Shown here: in pieces, positions 27,704 through 38,947 of the stretch
Numbering within the stretch: position 1 is the first letter of the stretch
Layout: every line of letters starts with the position of its first letter
Origin: an uncultured Verrucomicrobiae bacterium
GTDB taxonomy: Bacteria > Verrucomicrobiota > Verrucomicrobiia > Limisphaerales > Palsa-1400
Direction of reading: 5' to 3'
Length of the DNA stretch: 64,000 bases
NCBI GenBank assembly: GCA_963707025.1
Contig: CAVPOM010000004.1
Span: 128,001-192,000 of the forward strand
The notes under the pieces: generated by a model
The model's database searches: none
What the model was told of the DNA's origin: nothing
What the model saw: the letters and a program-made list of their open reading frames with translations, nothing else
Translations under genes and position numbers: made by a program

Positions 27704-28966
27704 TCAGGGACCGGGTACGGCCAGGCTGTCATGCAGAATTAAAACAAGGTCGTCTGCGTCATTCGGTTCGGGGATGACCCAACGCGAACCGGCAACCAGT
27801 TTGGGGACGGCGTTATTGCCGTTCTGGATGGTCTGGCCATAAATCTGAATGGAGGTTTGCATATACCGGGCGATCCAGGGGTCGGCCCAAGCGGCGTCGA
27901 ATTTCCCCCGGCCGACCAGTTCGGCCGCTTTGGCCCTGGCGGCGTCGAGGCTTCGCGGCTGCCAGCGGTCACCGGACTCAAACGAGAACATCCAGCGGTC
28001 GAAGCCAGGAAAGGCATCGCGTTTGGCCACCCAAACCGCCAGGCCAACCCTGGCCAGTTCGCAGGAGTCCTTGAATTCATCCACGTTCCGGGGAACAAAA
28101 GGGTTGCAGTTGGTGTTCAACGGCGCCGGACACAGCACAAAGGCCAGCTTGCCGCCGTAGCGGCGAATTACCCCGTCGAGCATCAAATGCAATTGCTGGC
28201 AATGGGGGCATTGATAATCAAAGAGCAGGTTGACGACATAGGGCGCGTCGGGCGAACCGACCACCGGCGCGGCGTGCGGATCAATGGCGGTCAGGTTCTC
28301 CTGCGACTCGCCGCCGCGATAGACGGCCTTGGGAGTGAAGGCGACTTGGCCTGCCGCCAGGATACCGGCCAAGGCCAGACCAACCAGGGCTGGGCCGATC
28401 GTGGCCAAACGGCCGATCACCGCGCCCGTTGTGGCATTCGGCGCAGTTGGCGCCGCAGCCCCGCCGTCTGGTCCCAGCGCGGGATTCGTCGGCGCAACGT
28501 CGGTTGAACCATCGTCGAATTGCATGGGCGCTCGCCAGATTACCAAAGCTGCCAGCAGGAGGCCGGTGATGTGCGTGGCCATGCAATACGGGCAGAAGGC
28601 CCCAATGACCCATTTCTGCACGATGGTGAACCACACGGCACTTCCGGCTGCCGCCCCGGCCAGAACTAACATAGCGCGCCAAGCCAGCCGCCGGAGCGGT
28701 GCCGCCGTGGCCGGACTAATGAAAAAGCTGGCCAACAACAGCGCCAGGTACGCCCCTTCCGCCAGACCGCTGACGGGCAACACCCCGCCGATTGCCGACC
28801 ACCGGCTGTTGAGCACTTTGTCGCACGGGCTCCCGCCCCCGCAGCCGATGACCGACCCGCCAAGTAGGTAATGCCAGCCCAGATAGCCGCTCAACGCCAG
28901 TGCCAGCAGGTTCAATCCCGTCAAGACCCAGCGCCAACAGGGCCAGGACCGACGAAAACGAGTCAT
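27704..28966 (-). CDS. Vitamin K epoxide reductase (VKOR)-thioredoxin/DsbA fusion
   Basis: GCGGGSPCDKVLNSRWS, GAFCPYC, FDYQCPHC. Confidence 0.85.
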   Translation of the reverse strand: MTRFRRSWPCWRWVLTGLNLLALALSGYLGWHYLLGGSVIGCGGGSPCDKVLNSRWSAIGGVLPVSGLAEGAYLALLLASFFISPATAAPLRRLAWRAMLVLAGAAAGSAVWFTIVQKWVIGAFCPYCMATHITGLLLAALVIWRAPMQFDDGSTDVAPTNPALGPDGGAAAPTAPNATTGAVIGRLATIGPALVGLALAGILAAGQVAFTPKAVYRGGESQENLTAIDPHAAPVVGSPDAPYVVNLLFDYQCPHCQQLHLMLDGVIRRYGGKLAFVLCPAPLNTNCNPFVPRNVDEFKDSCELARVGLAVWVAKRDAFPGFDRWMFSFESGDRWQPRSLDAARAKAAELVGRGKFDAAWADPWIARYMQTSIQIYGQTIQNGNNAVPKLVAGSRWVIPEPNDADDLVLILHDSLAVPGP

Positions 28967-29120
28967 TTCTTCGTAAGGAACCAAAGTTCCGATCCTTTCG
29001 AGCGTTAGTTTCACAGAGAAACCGAAAGCTCCGCAGCACACCTTCGAGCCGCGGAGCCTTGGTCTGTGTTGTCCGGGACGGTTCGAGCTACTGCCGTTTA
29101 ATTCAGTTCCACAACCGTGC

Positions 29121-32100
29121 TCACGGAGTTCTCCTGGAATACTGGTTGGGCGCACCGGGCGTGGGACCGCTGCCGCCGAGCTGCGCCCCGCTGGCGTGCG
29201 CCTTGGTCAATGCAGCGGCGAGGGTGATGCCGGAGCCGGACACCTGAGCACCCACCGCGTGCGCAATGGCGAGCGGTGCGGCAACCGTGATTGAGACGCC
29301 GCCAAAGCCGCCCCGACCACCGCGGCCACCGCGGCCACCGCCGGTGACGGAGGCGACCAACGCCGTCTCAAGGTTTGTGCCACTGTCAATGGTGATGGTC
29401 TGGCCGGCGCCAAAGCCCGCCGCGCTGGCGACAGGGATAACGGTCGCGCCCACCTCGGTGCCAGTGCCGACCGTGCTGGCGCCCGGCGTGCCAACCGTCG
29501 CGATGACGACGGTCTCGCGGTTCGCGCCCGTGTCAATAGTAATCTTCTGGCCGGCGGCAAAGTCTCCCAGGCTGGCGACTTTGATATTGTTCGCGCCGGC
29601 GGCTGAAGAGGCCACCAAGGTGATGGCGGTCTGCATCAGGAAATCGCGGCAGTTGCTGCCGGAGTCGGCGCCGTCCGGAAAGCGGCCCGCGCTCCTCATG
29701 GGCGCGCCGGCGGTCGGACCGCCCCGCCCGCCGAAGCCCCCTCTGCCCCCGCCGGGCGCAGGCGCGAAGCATCCCCCGGATCCGGCACCGCCTTGGTAAC
29801 CCTCGGCGGACCAGGGGTCAACGAGGCCACCGTAATTGAGGCTGTCCACGACCAGGCTGGCGGCGTCACGCAGCACCATGCTGCCGGCGCTTGGGGAGAG
29901 AGCGGGCCCGCCAAACCACTGGTTGGGTGCCGGAGGCCCTTGGTAGCCCGCGGTCGTGACTGCGGGGTCACGCACCACCGCATCACTCGCGTGGTCTTTG
30001 GCCAGGGGGCGCTCGATCGTGATGCCGGTGCCGAGCGGCTGAAGGGGCTCGATTGCTCGAATGGGCAAAAGCCGTCGCCGGCTTGAAGCTGATCCCCGTT
30101 CCCCTGACGCTGAAGGGCATGTTGTTCGCATGGTTGAACTTCAGCGGGGCGGCCAGTTCGATCGTGCCCTGACCCCCTCCGCCACGTCCGCCGCGACCGC
30201 CACCGACCGCCGCCCGCGTGTCAACCCGCGTGACCGTGACAATCTCAATTCCGTGGTCCTTGCTGTCAATGTCCAACGTGATCTTGTCGCCGACTGAAAT
30301 ATTAGCGGCGTTCCTCACCCGGATGGCGGTGTCGCCAGCTTTCGCTTCCGCCGCCAGGGCGGTTTGCGTGCCCGGCTTGCCGACCTCAGTAACCGTGACC
30401 ACCTCGTACTTTTCCACGTCCCTCCCGACAGCGGGATAAGTGGCACCGTAACCGATGCCGATCTTCTCGCCAACCTCGACCGCGAAGCCGCCACCGCCAC
30501 CGAAACCCCCGCCACCGCCGGTGTAAGGCACGCTGGTCGAGCCGGCGGGAATCGTGATCACCGGTCCGTCGGGGAGGGGCTGCCACAGCGTCGTGCTGTT
30601 GCCTGCCGCCGTCCCGAGGCTGGCGATCTTGCGGGTTTCCACGCCGGAGCCGGTGTCAATTTCAATCGTATCACCGGCCGACATGCCGCTCGTGCTTCTG
30701 ACGTAGAGGGTGGTATCACCCTTGTGCGCGAGAACCGCCAGCCCGGAGTTGGCCAAGCCGAGCAGGTAGAAGCTTTTGCCCGCGAGTTTCGTTCCAGACG
30801 GGATCTGCACCGACGAGAAGATGGCCTGCTGGGCGGCGTGCTCGGTCAGTGTCCAGCCGGAGATGTCCACGGAGCTGGCGCCAGCGTTGTAGAGCTCGAT
30901 GAAGGAGTTCGCCGGGTCAACAGCAAACTCATTGATCTTGATCGGGCTGACGTTCCGCACCTTCTCGACCATTTTCTCGGATTGCGCCCGGCCGCTGGTC
31001 GGCTCGTCCACGAGGCGTTGGCGACCAGGTCGCCATTGAAGGCCGCCCGCGCCGAGGTGATCTTGAAGGTCGCGCTCACGCTCGCCCCCGGCGCGACCGG
31101 ATCCGGGAACGTCTTTGAGGTCCCAGAGGCGCCGGAGACCACGGAGGTCCACCCTTTGGGCGCGGCAATGCTCAACTTGACTCCCACGGCGGGCGCCCCT
31201 GTGGCATTCGTGAAAGTCACGGTGGTGTCCTGCGAGGACCCCGGTGAGAACGTCTGGAGTCCCGGCGGCGTGGTCGCTGCCGACGCCGGCGCCAGGCTTA
31301 GCGTCGGCACGTCGTACTTGGCAGCCACAACATTGGCCTGCACCTTCTGGTCGGTGGCGTCCGTCGGGAAAGTCCCTCCGGCCGTCATCGCGCCTTCATA
31401 GAAGGTGCCCTGCGAGCCGTTGCTGTTGTCGCCGCCGTTGCCCAGGAGGATGGCTCCCTGCTTGCGCATCGGGTCATAGGAGTTGTTGACGCGGGGTCCG
31501 GTCGAACATGACTTTCAGCTCGCCGCTCCGCGCGTCGCCGCCCATGGAGGTCCAGTGGTGCGGTTCGCCCTTGGCCATCGCGGTGACGAATCGCCAGTTG
31601 ATGATTGGCAGGCCTGGACAGTTTCTCGATCCATCCGGGTTGACACAACCCACCAGATTGTTTTCCTGGTCGGTCATGATCCACGGGCCGGGGGCGGGGC
31701 CGCGATACCAGTTGCCGGCGCTGCCGTAGTAGGTGGTTTCCATGGTGCCGTTCCCGTCGTCGCGGCTGTCCGTCTCGGCGTTCCCGTAGTCGAAGCAGCA
31801 GCCGCCGTTGTAGTGATGGCCGTTCACGACCCAATACTGCCCCTCCGCCTGATCGTCCACTGCCGTGCCGTGCGCGTTATTCCAGCGCAGGCCCATGCCC
31901 GGCGCGATGAAGACGCCGTAGGCCTTGTGGCCCATGATCCTTATCGGCGCCCAATCGGCGACCGGGACGTTGTTAAACCCACCCAAGGCATGGCCGCTGA
32001 ATCCGCCACGGGGCGCCTGGACAAGGTTGTTGCCATGGCCGGACTGGTCGTAGAGGGTGGTGATCCAGCAATATGTGTTGGCGCAGAAGGCGTCCTGCGC

Positions 32101-32406
32101 GGCCGCGTCGGCGTATCCGCCCCCATCCGCCGCGGAAGGTTGGACGACGCCGATGTCCAAAGTTTTGCCGTCCGACTGGCGCAGGACCTGGTAAAGCAGG
32201 CCGTTGTAGGAGGCGTAGAGAGAGCGCGTGCTGCTGTGGGCGGCGGCGCAGGGACTGCCGCCGGCGGCGTAGATGTCACATGGGCCTTCCGGCCTGGGTA
32301 GAGGAGCATTGCGTCCGGCCCCGGCCTGTCTGGCTAGCAGCAACGTGGCTAGAGGCAGCGTCAGCGCCATTGCGAGCAGTATCACAAAACTGTTTTTTGA
32401 TTTCAT
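29121..32406 (-). pseudogene. abfB: Alpha-L-arabinofuranosidase B (GH54) with NEW3 and lamin-tail domains, split by at least three frameshifts
   Basis: GPCDIYAAGGSPCAAAHSSTR, CCFDYGNAET, MRKQGAILLGNGGDNSNGSQGTFYEG, KINEF...FIELYN across ORFs 31474, 30846, 29983 and 29121. Confidence 0.85.
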
Positions 32407-32479
32407 GTTTATCCGACTCTTTAGACTGAGTTCTTCCAGTTGGCCCTCTGGCCGTGACCACCACGGACAACCGAGGAGC

Positions 32480-32663
32480 TGTGAGATGCATCATAACCGC
32501 GATCCCAGGGGCGGGAAGCAAAATCTTGAACGCGGCGACGCCAAACCGCAGCGCCTGGCTGCCAGCCAATCTCATCCAGGCCCAGCGCGATTATTTCGGA
32601 GCTCACACCTACGAACGGATTGATGCCAAAGGCACATTCCATACGGAATGGGAGAAGTCGTAG
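32480..32663 (+). pseudogene. gnd: 3' fragment of 6-phosphogluconate dehydrogenase
   Basis: [22 protein letters not shown]...FHTEW. Confidence 0.85.
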
Positions 32664-32668
32664 GAATT

Positions 32669-33969
32669 ATGAAAACGACTGACCAACTCGAACAGACTGT
32701 CCTTGTCATTTTTGGCGGGGGCGGCGACTTGACCTGGCGGAAACTCGTTCCCGCCTTGTTCGACCTCTCCCAGGACCCAAGCATGCCCGCCGCATCTTTT
32801 ACATGGCCACACCACCGAGCATGTTCGGCGAAATCCCAAAATATCTCGGCAAGGCCGGACTGGCGCGCGACCGGGAATTTGCGCGGATCGTGGTGGAGAA
32901 ACCGATCGGCTATGACCTGGAGTCCGCCCTGGCCCTGAATGCCATCCTCGCCGCCAATTTCGGGGAATCCCAGATTTTCCGCATCGATCATTATTTGGGC
33001 AAGGAAACGGTGCAGAACATTTTGGCGTTCCGTTTTGTCAACCCGCTTTTCGAGCCAATCTGGAACCGGCGTTACATTGACTATGTGACCATCACCGTGG
33101 GAGAGGCAGTGGGCATCGAGCACCGCGGCGGCTATTACGACCACGCGGGAGCGCTGCGCGACATGGTGCAGAATCATTTGATGCAGTTGCTCTGCCTGGT
33201 GGCGATGGAACCGATGGTTTCCTTCCAAGCCGACGAAATCCGCAACAAGAAGGTGGATGTGCTCCATGCGGCCCGTCCAGTTCACCGCGACGCGGTCGCT
33301 CAATCCGCCGTGCGCGGACAGTATGGCCCCGGCAACAGCGATGGCAAAAAAGTGCCCGGCTATCGGGAGGAAGAGGGGGTGGCCCCCGATTCCCAGACGG
33401 AGACCTTTGCGGCGTTGAAGTTGTTTGTGGACAACTGGCGCTGGCAGGACGTGCCATTTTACCTTCGGACGGGCAAGCGCCTTCCCCGGCAGGCCTCGGC
33501 GATTTCCATTCAATTTCGTGCCCTTCCGCATCGGTCGTTTCCGCCCGAGGCCTCGCTCGGCTGGCAGCCGTCCCGGCTCGTCATGGCCATCCAGCCGGTC
33601 GAGGGTATCGTGCTGGGCTTTCAGGCAAAATATCCAGGGCCGAAGATGCAATTGCGTCCGGTGGACATGCGGTTTAGTTATCGCCAGAGCTTCGACGCGC
33701 CTTCGCCTGATGCGTATGAAACGCTGCTGTGGGACGTGATGAAGAACGACGCCACGCTCTTCATGCGGGCCGATCAGGTCGAGGCAGCGTGGCAGTGGTT
33801 GATGCCGGTGCTCGAAGTCTGGGCCGAGGCACCGCCCAGTGATTTCCCCAATTGCGCTGCCGGCACCTGGGGACCTGAAGAGACTCAGGGGTTGCTGGCT
33901 TGCGGGCACAATTGGCCCCTCCCGGCTGAATTGGTGGAGTCGTGTAAAAGAAAGGGCAAGAATTCGTGA
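32669..33969 (+). pseudogene. zwf: Glucose-6-phosphate dehydrogenase with internal deletion/frameshift near 32790
   Basis: VIFGGGGDLTWRKLVPALF jumps to IFYMATPP; RIVVEKPIG, RIDHYLGKETVQN, LRDMVQNHL. Confidence 0.9.
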
Positions 33970-33997
33970 CTCGATGTAGTATGGAACATCTGATCGC

Positions 33998-34672
33998 ATG
34001 AAAATCCTGGTCATTGATATCGGCGGCACGCATGTAAAAGTGCGCGCCACCGGTCACAAAAAGCGGATGGAAATTCCATCCGGCCCAAAAATGACCGCCC
34101 ATGAAATGGTGGCGGCGGTTCGGAAGATCATCGCCGGCTGGAAATACGATGCCATCACGATTGGCTACCCGGGACCCGTACTACACGGACACATTGCCGC
34201 TGAACCGCACAATCTCGGTCATGGCTGGATGGGCTTTAATTTCAAAAGAGCATTCGGTTGTCCGGTGAAGCTTGTCAATGATGCGGCCATGCAAGCGTTG
34301 GGAAGTTATCGGGGGAAACGGATGCTTTTCCTGGGTTTAGGCACCGGCTTGGGTTCGGCGCTGATTGTTGACGGCGTGCTCGAGCCGATGGAACTGGCGC
34401 ATCTGCCTTACAAAAAAGGCCGCGCTTACGAGGATTATGTGGGTCTGGCCGGACTGAAGCGGCTTGGGAAAAAGAAATGGCGACGCCATGTCAACGACGT
34501 TGCCAGGCAACTCAAGGCCGCATTGGAGGCTGATTATGTCGTTTTGGGCGGCGGCAATGCGAGACTGCTCAAGAAACTCCCACTTGGAAGCCAACTCGGG
34601 GACAACGCCAACGCGTTTCGTGGCGGCCTTCGCCTTTGGTCAAAATCTCACAATCGGAATTTCCTAAAATGA
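33998..34672 (+). CDS. ROK-family / polyphosphate glucokinase-like sugar kinase
   Basis: ILVIDIGGTHVK, IGYPG, VNDAAMQALG, LGLGTGLGSA, MELAHLPY, VVLGGGN. Confidence 0.85.
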   Translation: MKILVIDIGGTHVKVRATGHKKRMEIPSGPKMTAHEMVAAVRKIIAGWKYDAITIGYPGPVLHGHIAAEPHNLGHGWMGFNFKRAFGCPVKLVNDAAMQALGSYRGKRMLFLGLGTGLGSALIVDGVLEPMELAHLPYKKGRAYEDYVGLAGLKRLGKKKWRRHVNDVARQLKAALEADYVVLGGGNARLLKKLPLGSQLGDNANAFRGGLRLWSKSHNRNFLK

Positions 34673-37148
34673 ATGATTCTGAAAACTCCGTGGCCTTCGG
34701 CGCGCCCGGCATCGAACCCCGTTGGACCTCCAGCGCCAAGGAAGGTCTCGGCACCGCTTATCATACGAGTTGCCGGGTCTGGTTCACACTCAGCCACGGC
34801 ATCATCAACGAAATCTACTACCCTACCGCAGACCAGCCAAACACGCGCGATTTTCAGTTTCTGATCAGCGACGGCGAGACGTTTTGCCACGAGGAGAAGC
34901 GCGACCTGGAGCACCGGATCGAATACCCGGAACGAGATTGTGTTTTCTACCGCCTGACCAATTCAGATCCCAACGGGCGATACCGGCTGATCAAGCACAT
35001 TCTCGCCGATCCGCATCGTTCGGTTGTGCTTCATGCACACCAAACTCGAAGTGCTTGATAAGTCGTTGCGCGGCAAGTTGCGTCTCTACGCGCTGTTGGC
35101 TCCGCACCTGGCGCGTCATGGTGCGGGCAACTCCGGTTGGTGTTCTGAAATCGGCGGCAACAGTCTGCTCCACGCCGAGCGCGAGGATGTGCATCTGGTC
35201 ATGGGATGCAGCCACGGGTTTTCGCGGCGATCCATCGGTTATGTCGGCGCCAGCGACGGCTGGCAGGATTTGATGGATAATCTCAAGATGGACTGGGAAT
35301 TCCGCAAAGCCGGGGACGGCAACATTGCGCTGACGGGCGAAATTGATCTTCAGGGCGGGGATGAGTTTGCGATCGCCATTGCGCTTGGGAGAAGCTGCCA
35401 GAGCACAGTGGCGAAGTTGCTGCAATCGCTGGCGGAGCCGTTCGAGGCCCATCGCGAAGCCTATATTCGCCAGTGGCAGCGCACAGTGGTCAATCCGAAG
35501 TTCGATTTCAGCAAGCACACATCCGACGGCGGGCACACGTATCGGCTAAGCCGCTGCATTTTGCTCGCCCACGAAGACAAAACCTTTCAAGGCGCGCTGG
35601 TGGCGTCCATGAGCATCCCTTGGGGCGAGACCAAGGGCGACAACGATCTGGGCGGCTATCATCTGGTCTGGACGCGCGATCTGGCGCAGAGCGCGACCGC
35701 ACTCCTGGCGACCGGCCAGACCGGGACTCCATTGCGCGCCTTGATCTGGCTGGCCGCCATTCAGCGGACGGATGGCAGATTCCCGCAGAATAGCTGGATC
35801 AATGGCAAGGCATATTGGTGCGGCGTGCAGCTTGATGAAGTGGCCGCGCCCATCCTGCTGGCGTGGCGTTTGCAGCGTGAAGGCGTCGCGCTGGGCCGGT
35901 TCGATCCCTGCGTCATGATTTCGCGTGCCGCAGCCTACCTCATCCGGCAGGGTCCGGTGACCGCGCAGGAACGATGGGAGGAAAACGCGGGCTTTTCTCC
36001 TTCGACGCTCGCCACGGTGATCGCCGGCCTGGTTTGTGCCGCGGAGTTTGCCAAACAGCGCAAGGACGCGGGCACTGCGGAATTCATACTGGTCAATATG
36101 CGGACTGGTTGGCCGCCCACCTTGAGGAATGGACCGTCACCACCGCCGGTGAATTGGTCGAAGGTTTCCGGCGCCATTACATTCGGATCAATCCCACGGA
36201 TCCCGGCCGCGCCCGATCCGCACGCCGATCCCAACACCACGATGCTTGCTATCGCCAATGGCGGCGGACGTCCGTCCGGCAAGGAACGTGGTCGGCGGCG
36301 ATTTTCTTCACCTGGTGCGATTGGGCATCCGCGCGGCTAATGATCCCCTCGTGCGTGATTCCATCGCTGTCATGGATCGCTTGCTCAAGGTCGATCTGCC
36401 GCAAGGTCCGGGCTGGCGCCGCTACAATCACGATGGCTATGGACAGAAGGAGACGGCAGCGCCTTCGACGGGACAGGCGTCGGACGATGCCTGGCCGATT
36501 CTGACCGGGCGAGCGCGGCCATTACGAGCTGGCGGCCGGGCGTGATCCCAAGCCGTTTATTGCCGCGATGGAAAAATTCGCCAACGAAGGCGGCATGATC
36601 AGCGAGCAGTTGTGGGACGCCGAAGACCTGCCGGAGAAGGGAATGAGGCGCGGGTTTTCCAGCGGTGCGGCAATGCCGCTGTGCTGGTCACATGCGGAAT
36701 ATGTCTCCCTCGTGCGCAGCGCTCACGACGGCGTGTGCTTTGATCGAGTCGAACCGGCCTTCCAGCGCTACGTCGTCAACCCGGTGGTAAGCCGGCACGA
36801 AATGTGGAGCTTTCGTCATTCGATTCGCCGCATGCCGCCCGGACAAATCTTGCGCCTCATCGTAGAGGCGGAGGCGACCGTCGTTTGGTCCGACGACTGC
36901 CTGGGCCAGCACCAACAAAGCGGACACCACCCATGATAGGCGCGCTGGGTTTGTGGTTCGCCGATCTTCCCACGGAGAATTGCCCGAACGGCTCGGTGAT
37001 CGAGTTCACTTTCTTCTGGAAAGCAGCCGGGCGTTGGGAAGGCACGAATTATTCAGTGGCGGTCACCGGACAAAGCCCGAGAGCTTCGGGAACGCGGAAG
37101 AATCCCAAAAACAAACTGACTGTCACGAGGGGCAGGGAAAACCGTTGA
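34669..37148 (+). pseudogene. Glucoamylase/glucodextranase (GH15), multiply frameshifted
   Basis: AFGAPGIEPRWT, VWFTLSHGIINEIYYP, GGYHLVWTRD, QLDE, QERWEE, WRRYNHDGYG, EQLWD, AMPLCWSHAEY in successive frames. Confidence 0.9.
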
Positions 37149-37162
37149 TCTATGAGTCCTCC

Positions 37163-37415
37163 ATGAATCCTGAAACCCCGCCCAAACCCAAAGGACTCTC
37201 CGGCGCCGAAGCCGCCGAGGCCGCCGGGTTGGTGAACTACCAGGACGGCTCCATTGTCAGCCGCGAAATTGTTAAGAAGCCAACTGGGAACGTGACCATC
37301 TTTGCGTTTGATGAAAGGACAAGGCTTGAGCGAGCACACCGCACCATCCGATGCGCTCGTGCATGTGCTCGAAGGAGAGGCGGAAATCAGCATCGCCGGC
37401 AAACCGCATTGCTTG
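37163..37415 (+). pseudogene. Cupin-domain protein fragment
   Basis: VNYQDGSIVSREIVKKPTGNVTIFAFD / GQGLSEHTAPSDALVHVLEGEAEI. Confidence 0.75.
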
Positions 37416-37419
37416 CGTT

Positions 37420-37637
37420 GTGCCTTGCTGGTTCGTGGAATCCGCACCGAAGACATCATGAGTCCCACTCGCCGCCAGGTGCATACGCTGACTCCCTTCG
37501 CCAAAGTTCGGGGCACTTCCATCACTTATCCGCCCGAGTCCTTGCCGAGCACGGCAAAAAAGCCGTCGGCCAAGCGCGCCCGGTTGCTACCTGTCGAGAA
37601 TTTCCGGCCAACCAAAGCATCGGTTTCCAAACCATGA
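37420..37637 (+). pseudogene. C-terminal fragment resembling DUF488-family proteins
   Basis: ALLVRGIRTEDIMSPTRRQVHTLTPFAKVRGTSITYP; family recalled from memory. Confidence 0.5.
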
Positions 37638-37810
37638 ATCATGACGTTGCGCACTTCGGTTTCCCGCTCTGGTTGCGTCTGACGCACTACATCAATTTCC
37701 TGTTTCTCACTTTGCTTATCCGCAGCGGCATTGAGATCCTTGCCGAGCATCCCAGGCTGTATGGGAACAAAGACTGCACTCCACGCAGTGAATGGCTCAA
37801 ATCCATCTAA
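37634..37810 (+). pseudogene. N-terminal fragment of a cytochrome b-like / molybdopterin oxidoreductase membrane protein
   Basis: GFPLWLRLTHYINFLFLTLLIRSGIEILAEHPRLY. Confidence 0.55.
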
Positions 37811-37944
37811 TTGGTGGAGGACTATCGGACCATTGGCGAAGGCCACGGCGGCTACCGGGAAGACGTCCAATACTACGGAACCGGGGCTGAGATTTGAATC
37901 GGTAGGGTTTTACCCCATAGGAAGATTTCGGCCAGGCGCTTAAT

Positions 37945-38130
37945 TTGAGCTTGCTGACGATCAATTGCTCATTGCCACAGGTTCGACAGTTCCTCGGTTG
38001 CAGGTGCCCGGTGCGGACCGGCCCGAGATTTTCTTTCTGCGGCAAATGCAGGATTCTCAGGCCATCCACGCGCAGATCAAACGAGGAAAGCGGGCTGTGG
38101 TGATCGGATCAGGCTTTATTGGAATGGAGG
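37945..38130 (+). pseudogene. Internal fragment of an FAD/NAD-dependent oxidoreductase
   Basis: LLIATGS...PGAD...FFLR...AVVIGSGFIGME. Confidence 0.75.
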
Positions 38131-38193
38131 GGCCACGGACGCAACCATCTCCGTGATTGACCTTCAACCCCTCCCGACATTAAACCTTCACGC

Positions 38194-38568
38194 ATGACCA
38201 ACCTTAAAGACTTAACGATCAGCCAACTCAAGAGCATCATCGCCATCAAGGAGCAAATCGAGACGCTGCAAGGGCGAGTTGATTCCATCACTGTTGGTGG
38301 CGGTGTGATTCCAATCCCGTCTGCCGAGGAAGCCTCTGCGTCCGCCAAGCGCAAATATCACATGACCGCAGCCCACAAGCGTAAACTCATTAAAGCTCTG
38401 GCGAAGGCACGGAAAATACGCTGGGCAAAGGCAAAAGCGGCCAAGCCGGCCAAGAAGAAGGATTGGCGCAGCAGTCCGGCAACGAGGGCCAAACTTGCAG
38501 CAGCAGCCAAGGCGAGATGGGCCAAGGTGCGGGCGGAGGGAAAGAAGACGCTGCATAATAAAAGTTGA
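38194..38568 (+). CDS. Small basic putative nucleoid/DNA-binding protein (coiled coil plus Lys/Arg/Ala-rich tail)
   Basis: LTISQLKSIIAIKEQIETLQ; MTAAHKRKL; SPATRAKLAAAAKARWAKVRA. Confidence 0.7.
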   Translation: MTNLKDLTISQLKSIIAIKEQIETLQGRVDSITVGGGVIPIPSAEEASASAKRKYHMTAAHKRKLIKALAKARKIRWAKAKAAKPAKKKDWRSSPATRAKLAAAAKARWAKVRAEGKKTLHNKS

Positions 38569-38583
38569 TCGCTGGTGAATTTT

Positions 38584-38793
38584 ATGAAGAGAACTGGAAG
38601 ATGTCCGAAATGCGGTGGGACAGACCTCATCGCCGATGCAATGGCGATTGGTCGCGGATACGAAATATCTATCGCCAAGTTTCAGAAGCCCGACGCGCTA
38701 ATCTTCAAGGGGAAGGAATCCTCCACCGTGTCTGCATGGAAGTGTTCCACTTGCGGCTATATCGAGCTATACGCTAACGACCCTGAAAAATGA
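38584..38793 (+). CDS. Small zinc-ribbon protein, probable integron-type cassette gene
   Basis: CPKCGG...CSTCGYIELYA; followed by an attC-like site. Confidence 0.7.
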   Translation: MKRTGRCPKCGGTDLIADAMAIGRGYEISIAKFQKPDALIFKGKESSTVSAWKCSTCGYIELYANDPEK

Positions 38794-38822
38794 AATTACC
38801 GAGAGCCTGACAATCGCCGCAC

Positions 38823-38931
38823 GCTAACAGTCGCTAGAGCCAACTACTGTTGGCGCATGCTGTTCTGCTTCGCGGTTCTGCTTCGCGGTTGACATTGCAC
38901 ATCCGGCGTGGCTCAGTTCTGAACATTGGGC
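38823..38931 (+). mobile_element. Degenerate attC-like site
   Basis: GCTAAC-AGTCGCTAGAGCCAAC ... GGCGTGGCTCAGTTCTGAAC-ATTGGGC; inner GAGCCA/TGGCTC inverted repeat; right core reads ATT rather than GTT. Confidence 0.6.
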
Positions 38932-38947
38932 CTGAAATGAGGCCATT

